Positions 24,101 to 39,100 of a stretch of 64,000 nucleotides of DNA are shown in pieces; positions within the stretch are counted from its first letter, which is position 1; each line of letters opens with the position of its first letter. Both the position numbers and the translations under genes were made by a program. Where the stretch lies: the NCBI GenBank assembly GCA_028534125.1, contig CM052832.1:12712001-12776000 (forward strand), in the 5' to 3' direction. Source of the stretch: Lama glama (Eukaryota). Below the pieces are notes generated by a model, which was not told where the DNA came from, searched no databases, and worked only from the letters and a program-made list of their open reading frames with translations.

Positions 24101-27100
24101 CTTGCGATCTGTGTTATCCAGGACAAAATTCTGAAAAGCAGAGATGTTCTCCGGGCGGGTGATGTCTCCATCTCCATCGATCCCACCCTCGCCTGAGTGA
24201 ACACAAGATTCACATTTAGCTCACCTGCCCTGTGCATCCCAGGAGCTGAGACACAAGCTCTCTGGGGCTGTGAACACAGGTATCAGGCAGGCCTCGAGGC
24301 CCAGGAGAAAAGACCCTGTGAGAAGCAATTCTCTGAAGGACCTGCCGTGTAGTGATGGACCAGGAGGCAAAAACAGGGCCCTGCTGTAATAAAGCAAAGT
24401 TTAAAAGGAGTTGACCAGCCAAGAGTCATCAACTAAAACAGGTCTTCATGTTCAAGATTAAAGCTGTGTTTAAACACCTGCATTTAGGAACCAATATCAA
24501 TTTCTTAGAAAGAACTGTTAACAAAGGACTTAGGGTTTGCTGCCAAGTCATAAAAAGCAAGACACAGTGGAGGGAACCATTTGGGGGTTGCTGAGCTGTC
24601 TGCTATGCAGGGCACGCCACACTCAGGACACAGGGCTGGAGATGGGCATGGGGTTAATAACCCTGCCAGTTCTCAGTCGGAGATCAGGCAGTTTCATTAT
24701 CTCCTATCACCACAAGAGAAGAAAGGAGCAATTAATATGGCTTTGATGAGAGTCTGCCTAGTGAAGTGTTTAACTTGTATCCCCTAGGCCTGGGGTAAAA
24801 AGGGACAGTCTAGAGGGAACCAAGACCTTCATGACATGGACTGGGAATCCCAGGCTGAGAAACCTAGGAAAGAAAACATGGCAAGTGGATAATAACTACT
24901 TCTGACCTAAAGTCCCCACAGAGACCTGTCCCTCATAGCCCCTGGGTACCCTTCTCCATGTCCCTACCATAGTAGGGTTCGAAGAGTTCACTGGAGGCAG
25001 AGTAGAAGTCCTCCAACTTAAAGTCATTAGGGCCCTTCAGAGTCATTCCAAAGCCCTTTGCGTGCCACTTCTTCCTCCACAGCACATACTCCGAAAAGCC
25101 ACCTGGGCCTGCACAGACGTCAGCAAAGTACAGAAGCTCAGCTTCCCGGTCCTTCACCAGTGGTTTCTGCAAAGACAAGTGGAAGACAGGGAAGGAAGGG
25201 AAAAAAGATGGCTCAATGGGGAGCATGAAAGAGAACGCACAGGAAGTAAACTAAGTCTTTCAGCAAGCACAATGCAGAGTTCCTGCCAGGGCCACAATAA
25301 CCAGGAAATGTATCCTCTGTGATCATTGCTCTCTGGAGTTGCCCATCTCGACCTCAAAATACCCAACACCTTTCACACCACCAAGCCTAGCTCAGATGCC
25401 TAATAAAAATATCTTAGTCAGCATCTAAGTGTGCATTTTTTAGTTTCTCAGCATCTTTTCCTTACCATAATCTGCCTGACAAGAGTCCTACTGAGCAGAA
25501 TACATGTTCTACCCTCCACATTACAGACAGAGAAAAAGAGACACCGAGACCTAAAGTAATCTGTTCACAGCCAGTCTGTAACAAAGCTAAATCAGAATCC
25601 TATCAGCCTGACTGTCAGACTCAGGTCTTTCTGTCCAAAGTCTGAGGGGCTCTAACATCACCCCCTCCCAGCCACAGGGCCTATCTTTCCAGACCAAAGC
25701 CTCTGCTTCCCTTCTCCCCTTTCTCCTAGGCTCTCCCTTTTTTTCTCCCCCAAGTAACTTTTTATTGTGGAAGAATTTCAGATTTACAGACAAGTTGCAA
25801 GGACAAAGTTCACATATACCCTTCACCCAGTTTTGTTAACATCTTATATTGTCATTTGTCAAAACTAGGAAACTAACACTGGTATACTACTATTAACTAA
25901 AACCCCAGATTTGATTCAGATTTCACTAGAGCCCTTATTCTGTTCCATGACCCCATCCAAGAAACAACAGTGCACTGAGCAGCCTCCTTTCTCATACTTC
26001 CTTCCTCTCTGGCCTCTGCGCCTCTGCTAGCTGGAGCCTGGGGTGGTGCACAGCTGGGAGCTGACAAGATAGAACAGGAGACACTGGTGTGCAGCGTTCA
26101 GGCAGCCATCAGAGCACCTGCCCACCTAAGGAATAACTAAATTACAATAATCATTTGAATTTTTATTGGATTACAGTTTTGGCCACTTGAGTGGCTTTAA
26201 CTCTTAATCTAAAATTTATACTGAATGTAGCACTGGCCCATACTGTGTGTTTATACACTTCTCTTCTACACACCTGGGCCCTAGATGGTGAATTCTACTT
26301 GTCCCAACCCTCCACAGCAGATAGGATGTATCATTTGTACTGGTGACAAGAGGCAGGGCTCTAGAGGGGGTAATTGCAGGGGACCCCGATGAACATCTGG
26401 CAGGAAGTGGCTGAGACAGCTCAGCCTTCCCTGCAACAGGTTTGGCATGGCTGAGTGCTTGTCCAGAGCTCTGCAACTGCTGGATAAAGATCAGAAAACT
26501 CCAGGGGAAACAGTTTTAAGAAAGAAATACTAATGTTCACAGTCCAGGTACTTTCTAGGTGACAAGGGCCTTGCCTCTGATGATAGTTATCTAACTTTAT
26601 CAAAACAGTAAAAAAAAAAAAAAAGTCTCTAGAGAAAGTGACTTCAGCTAAAAATAAACTTCATCATCCCATGACAAGCCCATGCGGTTTCTGGGATACA
26701 TCAGTTCTTTCTCCCTTCCCCGCCACTTCACCCCAGCATTCTTCGTTCCTGAGCCATTAATTATTCATATTTTTGGATCACATTCATTTGCACACAAAAA
26801 AAGACCTAATGGCAATTGCGAGAACACTATGTAGCACTTCCCAGGCTGCAAAGCGGTCATGAGGCAGGGGTCACAAGTTTAAGGCCTGCACACACTGCAA
26901 AGAGGGAAAATCATTTTTTCACCACTGGCCATGCCCTGGCCTGAGGTTCCAGCCTCTCGGGGTGAGCCGCTGGCCCAAAGGAAGACTGGGGAAAGGAAAG
27001 GGAATGAATCAATGAAAGTATCTCACCTCTAAAAACAGAGCATAAATGTGATCTTGTTCTGCGATTTTAGGATGTGTGCACAGCCAAAAGGTCTTTTCAT

Positions 27101-30100
27101 AGAAAGGACAGCTGGGGTTCTCTCACCTCTGTACTTACTGGCTGTGCAGTCAAAGGCTAGCACACAATTTATGTCTTTAAGCTTGAGCTTCCTCAACTAA
27201 ATTGGGACTAATGTAGGTTATTTCTCAAGGCTGTTGTAGGATTAAATAAAATATCCTATGTCAAAGAATTTTATAAACTGTACAATACTAAACAAACGTA
27301 AGATGACATTATATTCAACTAGATCAACTTCTTTAGTCAAAACTCCTGTCCTTTTCCATCCTTTTTGCAATGCCTAGCAGTGTTCTATATGCAGTGGGCA
27401 CTTTATAAGTGTGGTCTAATTTCTTCTAAGATAGCACTAAAAAAATAAATAAATAAAAATAAAAGATAGCACTGAAACTTAAAGATCTACCTTCAGTTTT
27501 TTTCTCCTGTTATACTTCACAACCAATGTTTTCTTACCTCAACAATAACCCCATGCACAGAAATCCCTCAAGTAACATTTTAGTTTATAATATGCTTCCA
27601 TAGACCCAAAGAATCTAAATGCCCTTCTTTCCCTTGCCCCTTCCAATTCTTGTTTACAATGTACTTCCCTACCTGAGCCTCTTTTCTCCTTTTACCACAA
27701 TCTGCAGAAGCAGAAACACATTGAGAGACCCTCTCTCTGGCTTCCCACCTCTACCCTCTCCACACTTCCTCAAGTTTCAAGTTCTCTACATTCTTATTCT
27801 ATAATTTGCAAGATCTAAGAGCCACTGAGACCCTAGCAAACCTGGACATGTGCCTGGGGCTTCAGCCACTCCTGAATCTCTACTAGGAACTGCTCTAGTG
27901 TCTCTGCTCGCCCTGGAAAACGTACCAAGCCCGCTGGGCTTGGCTGTCCCTCTAGTTCTCAGGGGAAAACAGAGGTGAAAAGAGAAAAAAATACTAAGGG
28001 CTGAAGAGAAATCACTTTTTATAGTGGAGTGTAGAAGAACATCTCTGAAAGGGCAATTCTCCACGGCCACCATCAATCAATTGAAGTCAAGAAGCTGCCT
28101 GAAGCATTACAAACACAGCTGCCTTTTCCTATGTAACAAACATCTCCACCCTCGATCTGAATGGTACAACCCTGGTGCCTACTTCATTTTCATGACAGCA
28201 GAAGACAATAACCAGATACCAGCTGCTGTAGGCGTTTACATTAGAAAGCCCAAAATGACGCTGTGACTTCCCATCAGCTTGACAGAGCTCCTCTGCCAGG
28301 CAGGGTTTAAAGGAAATCATTTGGAGTTCAGAAAATTAAATCAACATTGTATCAACCTAATTTTCTCAAGATGTTAATTCCAAAAGCCCTTTTGTGCAGC
28401 CTACTGGTAATGGAAAATGGGGATGGAGACCTGGGAGAGAGAAACAACTGAAGGCTGGAGGGGTCTAACTGCCAGTTTTGCCATCATGGAGGAAGCAATT
28501 AGGGAGATGAAGCTGAAACATTAAAGAACTTGGAAAATAAGTTTCTTTAAGTGGTGGATAATCAGGGGCCTAGTGGAAGGAGGATGAGTGAAGCAGAAAC
28601 AGGTTTGGGAACAGCTGTTTCCAGGCCCCTTCACTGTCAAAGAGAACTAACTTTCTAGGACTGGGTAAAAATACTTTGAAACCCTGAAGGGAATGCTAGA
28701 ATGAAATTTCCTTTTTTCTTTCTCTATCATTATGGAGGGTCAGAAAAAATGAGATGTAGCAAAGCAGAAAATCATTTTGCTCCACCACTTCTTGAGATGG
28801 GCCAAAACCTGGTAATTATGATCCTACACAAAGCTTATTCAGAGAGGCAGAAAGGGAAAGTTGGCCACATCTGAAATCACAGATCTTAGAGCTAGAACAA
28901 ATGCTAAAAACCTTTTGGTCTTACCCTAGCCCTCTGGCAGGTTAGTAAGGGCTAACTTCAGAGATGAGGCAGCTGAGACCGAAAGAAGGTGTGAACCTCA
29001 GTGGCACCCGCCTGTGATCTAATTGCTGCACCTCCTGAGCCCCGACCCCTCACTGAACACAGCCCAGATCTTTAGACATGATACTGATTTTAAACAGACC
29101 AGTGAAAGAATCAAGATGCCACATTCCATTCAACATCACCCCGAGTACTGCCCTCTAATACCAGAAATAGCAACCAAATCAGATGATGCCTCAAGTTTTG
29201 ATTTGGAACATAAGCTCACAGTAAGTACTGTATACAGGCATCCATCAGTATCTGTAGAGGGTTGGTTTCAGGAGTCCCTGCAGACACCAAACTCTGCAGA
29301 TGCTCAAGTCCTTTATATAATATGGCATTATATGGTTGGCCCTCTGTATCTATGGACGCAGAACCTACAGACACGGAGGGCTGAACTGTATTCATACTCT
29401 TCTTCATTCATGGTAGGAAGAAGGCAGGACAAAGCTCCGCTATGGCGACTGGCCTCCACACAGCAATGAGCACAGAAAAGCCATACAAATATCTAACCCC
29501 TTACAGCTCTCAAATCCACCAGAATGTCCAGAACCTAAGCACACGGGGAAAGGAATCACATCTGTCTCCTTCAAAATTATACTCCTTGTGCTTAGCACTG
29601 TGCCTGGCACCAAGTAAAGCCCTGGATAAATACATGTTTAATGAATGCTGAAGGGAGGCCTATGCTGTAAACTCACTGCCTCACGTCCCTGCTCCCTAGG
29701 CCTGAATGTCACAGCTGCTGATTTTGTCAGGAATGTCCCTTCTCCACTGCTGCATGCCCCCACTGCCTCCACTTGGAGTGAGCAGTAGGATCTACGGAGT
29801 TGGCGGCTGGGACTTGGGGCCTGTATAGACAGCTGCTTACTGGGATACTCCTGGGACCACAGGAAGCACCATGGAAGCCTATCTTGTGGAGCAAAATATA
29901 TCTCTATCACAAAATACATCTCTATCACATAGCAAGATACTCTTCTAGCATTGCACAAATGGCAGTTTCTGAGCCAGTGGAGCTTAAGCCCATTTAGCAC
30001 TATGAATTCAGAAGTAAAATCTTGTTCTCACCCCGTAAGAGTCCCGCGGATTTGTAAACATGCGATCAAACACAAAATCTATGTTAGCCATCTTCATTGC

Positions 30101-33100
30101 AGCCCTGCAACAAAGCAAGACAGAAAAGCACACCTGAATACCAGACATACGGATAGCTGAGGCTCTACTGAAAAGGTGGAACAGTGCACATCAGGGGAGG
30201 GGAGGGAAATGTCAGCAAACCTGTTTAAGAAGAAGACTCCTCGGATCATCTCGTAGGGATTGGCCCGGGTCCGAGCTCGCCGCATCTCCTCCCCATCCAG
30301 GACATCAAACACACTCTGCCCAGAGACAATCACAGCCTCAAGGTGAGTATCACCCTCCAGGATGGGACAGGAGCCTTAAGAGCATGAGAAGCCCAAGTCA
30401 CAGCTCTCTAAGAACTAGGCTCCAGCTGTCTCCCAGCTCCGAAATGACCAAATGTGCAATCCTAGACAAACTGCTCAATCACTCTGACCCAACTACCTCA
30501 CCTATAAAGTGGTTAAAAATAAAAGGGAAGTAAGCACATGCCTGGCACATGGTAAGCAGTTAATAAGTGGCAGAGCCACCTCCTGACACTGCTAACCCTC
30601 ACAGCAAATCTGCTTTTCCACTCCAGCAGCAACTTCCCAAGGGACCTGAGTTCTGACATAAAGGCCACCAGAGAGAGGGAAGACAAACAAAGACTAGAGT
30701 TTTCTGAAGGCATCTGCCTCTCAGTAGGAAACCCTTCTTCCCTAATTTTCTCTCTGAAAAAAGAAGCCTCACTTTGCCTGAGTTCTAGTCACCTTAAGGA
30801 TATTCCCAACACTATACCTTCTAGAAAAATAAGCTCTGTGAGGGTGGTCTGAGACCTTGTTTTTTCTCCAACCCATTTTCTCCTCAGAGGTTCCCTGGTT
30901 CATTCTGCCCCAGGCAAGAGGAGGCTAACATTCAGGGCAGTGTGTCAGGAGCTTCACGCCAACTAGTTCACTTAATTTTCATAACAACCCTGGGTGGTGA
31001 GTATTTTCTCCCCAGTTTACAGATGAGGAAACCCAAGCTCAGAGCAGGTAAAGAATCTGGTCCAAGGTCACATGGAGGGGGGAATAAAGCTGCAAAACTA
31101 GGATCTGAATTCAGGTCTATCTGATGCTAAACAATGATTCCAAACCTTTCACTACGCCAGGATTGTAATGAACCAATCCACTGAAATTAAGTGGGTCCTT
31201 TCATGGCTACTGGCCATAGGACAGTACAACACCATAGGGCAGGACAGTCACCATGAGCTACACCTGCTCTCAGGAAAGAGCTTAGCTAAATTTCAGCCAC
31301 CCCACAACTGACTCAAAAGAATGGGAAAAGCTCACCACAGCCCATCACACAAAATCTTCAACTCCAGCTCTAGCCACAGAGCCTTCCTTACCTTACACTG
31401 CAGCAGACTGTGAAGCAGCTCTTCCCCACAAAACTCTGTTTCATCTTCAATAATCATCTTTCTCTAGAGGGAGAAGAAAACAATCAATAATGACCACGTG
31501 AGGATGTATTTAGGGGATGAGTGGAGAAACTAGGGTTCTGAGTGAGTAAAGCAAAAAGGGGCTTGAGTCCTTGCCAAAGAACATCAATTCCTGAGGGGCG
31601 GGAAAGAGAAAATCCTAAATCCCTCTGGCTTTACTCCAGATGGCTGCGAGATGAAACAGCCCCCTGGGGTACTCTGACTAGACCACCATATGGAGACAAG
31701 ACTTACGAACACTGCGGCTGAGAAAAGCAAACAGGAAGGAGACATCCAAGCTGTCTGTCCCTATAGCATGGAGGCAGAAGGATGGGGAAATGCCCCAAGT
31801 GACAGAAGCCTGTCCTTCAACCAGGAAGCCTATTCCTCTGTGATCAGTACGAATGCAGGACACCAGGCACTGACTGTGACACTGGTAGTGTCAGAAAACA
31901 AGGGTGAGGGAGCATCATGAGATGTCAAGTCCAACCTCATGTCTGAGCGAGGCTACCTCTAAACCACTGATGCTCAAACTTAAATGTTCTAAGGTTTTAC
32001 ACTCTTCAGAATCACTGAGGACCCCCAAGTGCTTTTGATTATGTGGGAGATGTATACACACACACACATATATATCGAGGTTTATTATTAGAAATTAAAA
32101 CTGAATAAAACTAAATATTTATTATTTCAGTTTAAAAGAACAATGTTGTATCAACATAAATAGCGTATATTTATGAAAAATAACTATATGCACCCCCCTG
32201 CAAATTTACTGAGCAGAGTGGCACTATTTTCCATTTCTGCCAACCTCTTAATATTTGGCTTAATATGAGATGGCTAGACTCTCCTGTCCATATCCGCATT
32301 CAGCTGGTTGTGATATAACATGTCACAGCCTCTGGAAAACTACTGGACACTTGTGAGAGACTTAAAAGCAAAAAAGGCAAATAACTTTTCAGTATCATTA
32401 TGAAAATAACTTCGACCTTGCAGATTCCCTGAAAGTGTCCTGGGGATCCCTGGGGGCCCCTACACTAGAAAGAACTGCTCTCTAGACCATGCTGACTTGG
32501 TATAGCTATCTACTTTATTCTTACAATTTTCCAGAAGGAGATTTAACAAATTCCCTCTATAACAACTCCCTCATTACTTTCTGAGGACACGGATAGTGTC
32601 TCTTTATCTACCTGGAACAGTGCCCAGCAGTGACCAGAATATACACAGATGTATAATAAGCTATTCTAAAAAGGTTCCATGAGGAACACAGAAATTATGC
32701 ATTGTGTGCTGCTTTGCAAGTTAAAAGACTAAGAGAAAAAAAACCTGTCTGCCACATCTCCCAGGCGCACATCCATAAAGCCCTTGACACACCCTCTTGA
32801 CACAACTTTATTCCTGCCAGAATGGTCAGATTCACATTTTTCTTAAACTGTGAGTATACAGATGTACATAGCAGACTTGAGGAAGAGAAAAGTCAGGAGA
32901 TAAGGGTCAAGAACTGGCAGTACATTTTCCCGAAATCCTACCTTTCCCACAACCATCCAATCAATCACTTCCCAAGTGTCAGGAATTTCAGTGGTACATT
33001 CTGGGAACCATGACACCTGCTCACAGGCACTGGGCTGCAAAAAAAAAAGAGAGGCAAGTAAGTCAGGAAAGACAGACCCTCAGGGCTATGCCGCAACTCA

Positions 33101-36100
33101 ACAGGGCTTCCCACATCAAGAGGGACACAGAGTGAGAAAGGTCCAGGAAGCTGAAGCCACATGCAGTGTCAGACATGAGAATTGAGAGGCAGAATTCTAA
33201 AGTTTAATTTCTGAAGGCCAGCTCCAATTCTGGTTTGAATCCTTAGGAACTTCCCCAACTTCCAAGTTCCTTTCATTTGTTCCAATATTATTTGATGAAT
33301 ACCTACTATAGGCTAAGGGCTCAGAATGCAGAGTTACAAAGACACGGTCCTTAACTCAAGAAGCCTATAATCAGAGCAGAGAAGTACACATAGGATATAA
33401 GTCTGTGAGAAGGTAATTACATCAGGAAGACTCAATGCAATCAGTCTCACCCCCTGATGCCTTTCATTCTAAGACAGAGCAGATACTGGCATCTCTAATG
33501 CTGCTTCCTCTTAATTTTTCCATTACTTTCCTTTTCAAGCTAAAACAGTGGGTTTTGTCCTAGCTATACATTAGGATCATCTACAGATCTTTTTTAAAGT
33601 ATTGATGCCTGGGCCCCACCCTCAGAGTGTATGATTCTGTTGGTCTGAGGTTGAGACTGGGTATAAGTACATTTTTGAAGCCTTCAGATAATTCTAATGT
33701 GCAGCCAGGGCTAAGTTCACTGGGCTAGAGAGACACGGCTTATAAAAACTAAACAGGTGGCTAACCTGCATGGCAGCTCCACATATTCCCTCCCAAGCAA
33801 GTGTGGAGAAGAGATTCACCATAGCGAATTGAAGCAATGAGATTAAAGGTAATATTACATGCTCTGAAAGGCATAAAATGGTATCACAATGCAAGGTCTT
33901 GAGGGCAAGCCAACCACCATCAACAGAGAAAAAGTTAAAAACAAAAATTACTGAAGACTTTGTCAATGACTCTGGCAGTGAATCATGGCTTCTCCCCTAA
34001 TCAAATCCATCACCTTTAAGTATAAATGGTTGTGAATTATAAACATTAAAGAAACAAAAAAGCTCATGCACACTTTGAGTGCTCCTTTGGAGAGAAAAAG
34101 CCAACTCAAGACTCCTCATGAAAGTCTGAACATTAAGGCTACCTACACAGTGAACTTGGTCCAAAGCTTCACACCTTGCACTCCACATTCCCAGGCTGCA
34201 GTGGTCACTGAGCACCCTCCCTGTGGTGACCCCAAGAAACAGATATTCACCTCAGGTCATCCAGACTCATCTACCTTAAAGAAGTGGCCACCAACTAACA
34301 GTTGAGCCAAACTCTTAACCGAAAGATAGGGCATCTTTTGTAAGAGAAAAAGTGAATTATGGTAAATGGTAATTAGGACAGCCTTCCTCAAAAAGGAGTT
34401 TCAATAGCTCGCCTCCATTAAAACAGATTGTATGAGCAAATTTCAGATTTCAAGTTTAGCAAAGTTGGTTCTAATTCTGCCCCACTGAGAGGATCAGGAC
34501 TCTTTACTTGTTTTCACACAAATGAGGACGTGGAAAACACCAAGTATTTCTGAGGTAATAACCTACATCTAGTACCCAATTACAAATGTTTACCCGATTC
34601 CACACTTTACCATCTGCAATTCGCTGGTTCTCATCTCCTCACAACTACAAGGTAACATAGCAAGATCACCCCCAGGACCCATGAGATCCTGGCTTGTCAG
34701 CATCTTACTCTGACACCTTTTTAGGCTTTTATCATGCATGGATTCACGGGAATTCTTTCCTGAACTGGAACATCAGGGAGACAAATAAAATATCAATTTT
34801 CTAGAGTTCAGAGCCACATGTGAAGCTCAACTACAGCAACTATGGCAAAGACGAGACATTCGTATTCTATTTTCTCTAGTTTCAACTCTATAATGGTAAT
34901 ATTTCACCATTATTTTTAGGTGCTTTTATTATACCTACTTCAAATCCTTTGTAGAACAAAGTAGGGTACAAATAAATGAATAAAAATAAACTTTCAACAT
35001 TATCTGTGCCATGAAAAGAGACATTCTCTTTTCAAAGGGATTTGGGGCTAAAACAAACTGATACCCAAGAAGATAAACAGCCTAAATCCACAATATAAAA
35101 GCTATATGGCATAAACAAACAACTATTTAATACTGGGATGTCATAAACCTATGGAGGTGCAAGGACCTTGGAGGCCCCCTGATCCAGTTACTCACACAAT
35201 GGAAGAGTGGTCCCATTTGGCCCACTTGAATCCTTTCAGTGAGGGAGCTCACTACCTCGTTAGGTTCCTTAGTCACTGGTGGAAAGCTGTATCCATTTAT
35301 TAAAGTTCTTTGTGGAGACATACTCTGCCCTCCAACATCTTCTACCCACTTGCCTTAGACAGTCCTACATGAAGCAACAGGAAACAAATCTACATCCCAT
35401 CATACCTCCCCCAGGCTCCTGTTTTCCATTCAGGACACCCCTAGTACCTTCCACGTAAGAAACTAGTTCCAGTCCCCACTACCCTGATCATACTGCCTCT
35501 GAAGACTTCCAGTTTGTTAATATAGCTACATAAAGCCACAAATCAAAAACACACAGGTAGCTTTCTTGTCTCCTCCTCTCCACACCGTTACCTCTGGCTC
35601 GTCTCGCCAGTCCACATTCAGTTCTTGGTCAAAGCCTTGCAGCGTCAGACCCAAGCCTCGTCGACCTTTCTGATTAGAGGCCTCAACGATGTCCTTCCGA
35701 CCCTGGCTGTATTTACCCAATCCTTCACCTTCCTTGAAGCCCATCTTAGCCTGAAAAAGAGAAGTAATGAGCATTTATATAAATAAACAGACAGTAACAG
35801 AGCACTTAGATAAACAGACATTTATTTAGCCCTTATCATGTGTCACACATTATGCTAAACCCTGAGAAATATAGCTGAGTAAGGCCTAAAGTTTCCTTCT
35901 AGCCTAATGAAAAGCAGCAAAAATAAATAACTGCAGTTTAACTGTGGGCCCAGTGGCTGTCTCTTCTGGAGGTGAAAGTCTAGGGCAACCAGAAGTTGGA
36001 TAAATGAAAGAAGACCTCAGAGCTGTAATTAAAGACACCAAGAGCACATAATGAATCTCACTGGACATTTGCACAACTACCCTTCCAGCTAGTTTGTCTG

Positions 36101-39100
36101 ATGAAGTGAGAAGTGGATCTATAGCAGAGTTGACAAATAGAACATAGTTTAAAACGGAACCGCTTCGAGCGATAACGTCTACCTTAACCTTAGCCAGTCA
36201 AATGGGCTTACTAGGCAAGGACAGTGAGGGCTTGTAGGAGCCCTCTTAATCAAGAGATTAATTGAAAAACCACTGTATATAAAACTGAAGTATGGAAGGT
36301 ACTATAAGACTCTGGAAAGAAACATTTTTTAAAACGTTACAACTAACTAAAAAGCTTACACTAAACTCTAGAGTCACTGGGCCCAGGTACGTACCCCAAA
36401 ACCCACAGACCTTTGTCTAATAAAAGGGATCCAATACTAAGACCTGATTTCCCCTGAAAGGTCTATATTCCCCATGGAAGGGGTATTACCAGTTTAAGAG
36501 CTGGATGAAATTCCTACAGTAGCCACATATCCTTCCCTAGGTCAGAGTCTGACTGAATCACAAACCTCCACATCTTCCACGTCCCCAAAGTTTCTGGCCC
36601 CAAACCAGAATTCTGATTATAACTTCAAAAGTGACAGTTCTCATACATAAATGAATCCAACTGAAAATGGAGGAGTCAATTATAATATTCTTGAAGCTAG
36701 AAAGAAGGCAAACTTGGATTTCTCTACATACACTAAAGTCTGATGAGGCAAATAAGCAGGTCTTCCTTTTCACCTCCTTCTTGTGATACATCAGTGGGGT
36801 ATGGAAGTGGGGAAAGCGAACTGGGCCTTCCCATTTATTTTAGGGACCAGGGAGTGAGCAGGATTTTAGTCATTTCTTTTGAAGTCACTCACTAGAGCAA
36901 AAATCACAGCATGAAGCCTCTTTATCCACTGACACACATGTAGGGAAGTATGTTCACATGTGCTCCTAAGAATTCATTACTTAAGGAGACCAAAGGGTGA
37001 TCCAGCTCTGGACAGAATGGGAGAAGCAGCCCTGAGCAGCCACTTCCTATGGATGATTCAAATGTGATACTTCTATCAAGCAGGGGTCACACTCTCTCCA
37101 CCAAATTGTAGTAGCTGGAAAGCAGAGGGAAAACTCATACCCTAGCTTTGCTTCTTTTCATACCAATACAATTTCTCTTCTCTCACTCTGCTGATGGAGT
37201 TTTAGAAACCCAACCCAAGTGCTGACATACCATAAGCTTCTGGGACACACTATTATACATGGAATATCGAGAAGAAGTTCCCTCCACAAGAGAGTCTGCT
37301 TTGAATGCATCGTCAAAAGAATCAGAGCTGCGTTGCTTTCCCTCAGTCTCGCTGTCAGATCCACTCAGGCTTATAGCAGATGCTGAAAAAGAAAAAAGGA
37401 AAATGTTTTCATAAGTTTATGGCACAAAATAACCTCTAGAAATCTAAGATTCATTTATTTGACTAATGTTCAGTACATGCATTGCACACATAAAGTTCAT
37501 TAAATGACCCACGTCAAATGTATTCTCTATCTCTTACTAACAGTGTAATCTTGGGCAAGTCACTGAAGGTTCCTAATGGTACCTGACACAAAGTGGGAGT
37601 TCAAAAATATCAGTTTTCCTTTCCCATCCTTTCAATTTCTTCCCTTACAAAACTGGGATGATAATACCTTCTTCACAGGGTTGTTTGAAGAAGATTAAAT
37701 GAAATAATGTATTTTAAAGTACACTGTCAAACATAAGGTGTATTTACTGAAGATAGGATCATTATTTCTGCTGCAGCTGCTGTTTATTATTTGAACATCA
37801 ATTTCCAAACACTGATACCTGGTTTCATTTTCAACAATTCCATCATGGGACTAATAGCTTCTGATTGTTTAATCTCCTAGTTTCAAGTTTTCACAGTCCT
37901 TCAAACTCATAGATAAGAGGGTGGGTCTATAGTACAGCCCCAGGAAAGAGCAAGCTAGCCCAGGGAAAATGGGGGAAGAGCAAGGAAAAAGAGAAGGGGA
38001 AGAGGAAGACAGGGCAGGAAGGAAACAAGGAAGAAAGAGAGGACAGGGAGGAAGGGTGCTTCAGGCAACAGCACCAGCTGAAGTGGAGAGTAGAGGAGCT
38101 GCGCCTGAACCATCCAGGAGGGAGCTCCGGGCCTCAGTGAGCCAAACCTTTATCTGCATTGGCAACAACCTTGTTGCCAAAGACTCCCAAAAAACCCACC
38201 TTAGCAGCTGCCAAAAGTGGTGGGCTACCTGCCTCCTGGCCAAAAGTGGGATGATCCATGATCTAGATAGTGTGACGGGTCTTTCCCTCTCTTTAATAGA
38301 TACATGAATCTCTTAACTTGAAATATTTCAACCCAACCTAATTTTATTCAGGTAGTTTCTCAGGCAAACCCACACAAATTTGGAAGTAGACTGTATCTCA
38401 AAAATTTGGTAAACACAGGGAAAGGGGGTGGGAAGGAGTAAATTTGAGACTTTGAGGTTTACAATGTTAGCCACTATATATAAAAATAAATTTTAAAAAA
38501 GTTTCTTCTGTATAGCACAGGGAACTGTATTCAGCATCTTGTAATAACCTTTAATGAAAAAGAATATAAAAAATGAATATATGTATGTATATGCATGAGT
38601 GGGGCATTGTGCTGTACACCAGAAACTGACACACTGTGTACTTCAATTGTAAATAAATAAATAAATATTGGTAAACAATTTGGTAAATATTCCCATTGAA
38701 AATGGTACAAATTGCAAGCCAGGAGGAATACAGATCAGGAAATAATCCTGATCCTTGATCCCAAGGCTTGAGAAGTTGTACAGTGCTCAACAGTATACAA
38801 ATCTCATTAATAAGTAACTGTGCTTATTTAAGAATATAATTTTTAAAAATGTCTTCAGTTTATAAATGCTTGTTACTTAGACCTAAATACTTAATAAATT
38901 AAACTGTTAGGCATTTCTTTTGGTATTTTAGGGGCATGGTGAAAAAAGTTAGGGCAGCACTAAGAGTGCCAAGAACCAAGAAAACTTGGGAACCTCTACT
39001 CTGTACATTGAAATGGTGAAATCGCCAAAGCACATCGTCAGCTGAGTAAGAGAAGACCTTGATTATATTCATGAGCATGGCATCCTAACTCTTGTGTGCT

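Noticed and set aside
29023..29469. 148-aa plus-strand ORF
   Set aside because: Non-ATG start, runs through a MER2-type MITE, antisense within an intron.
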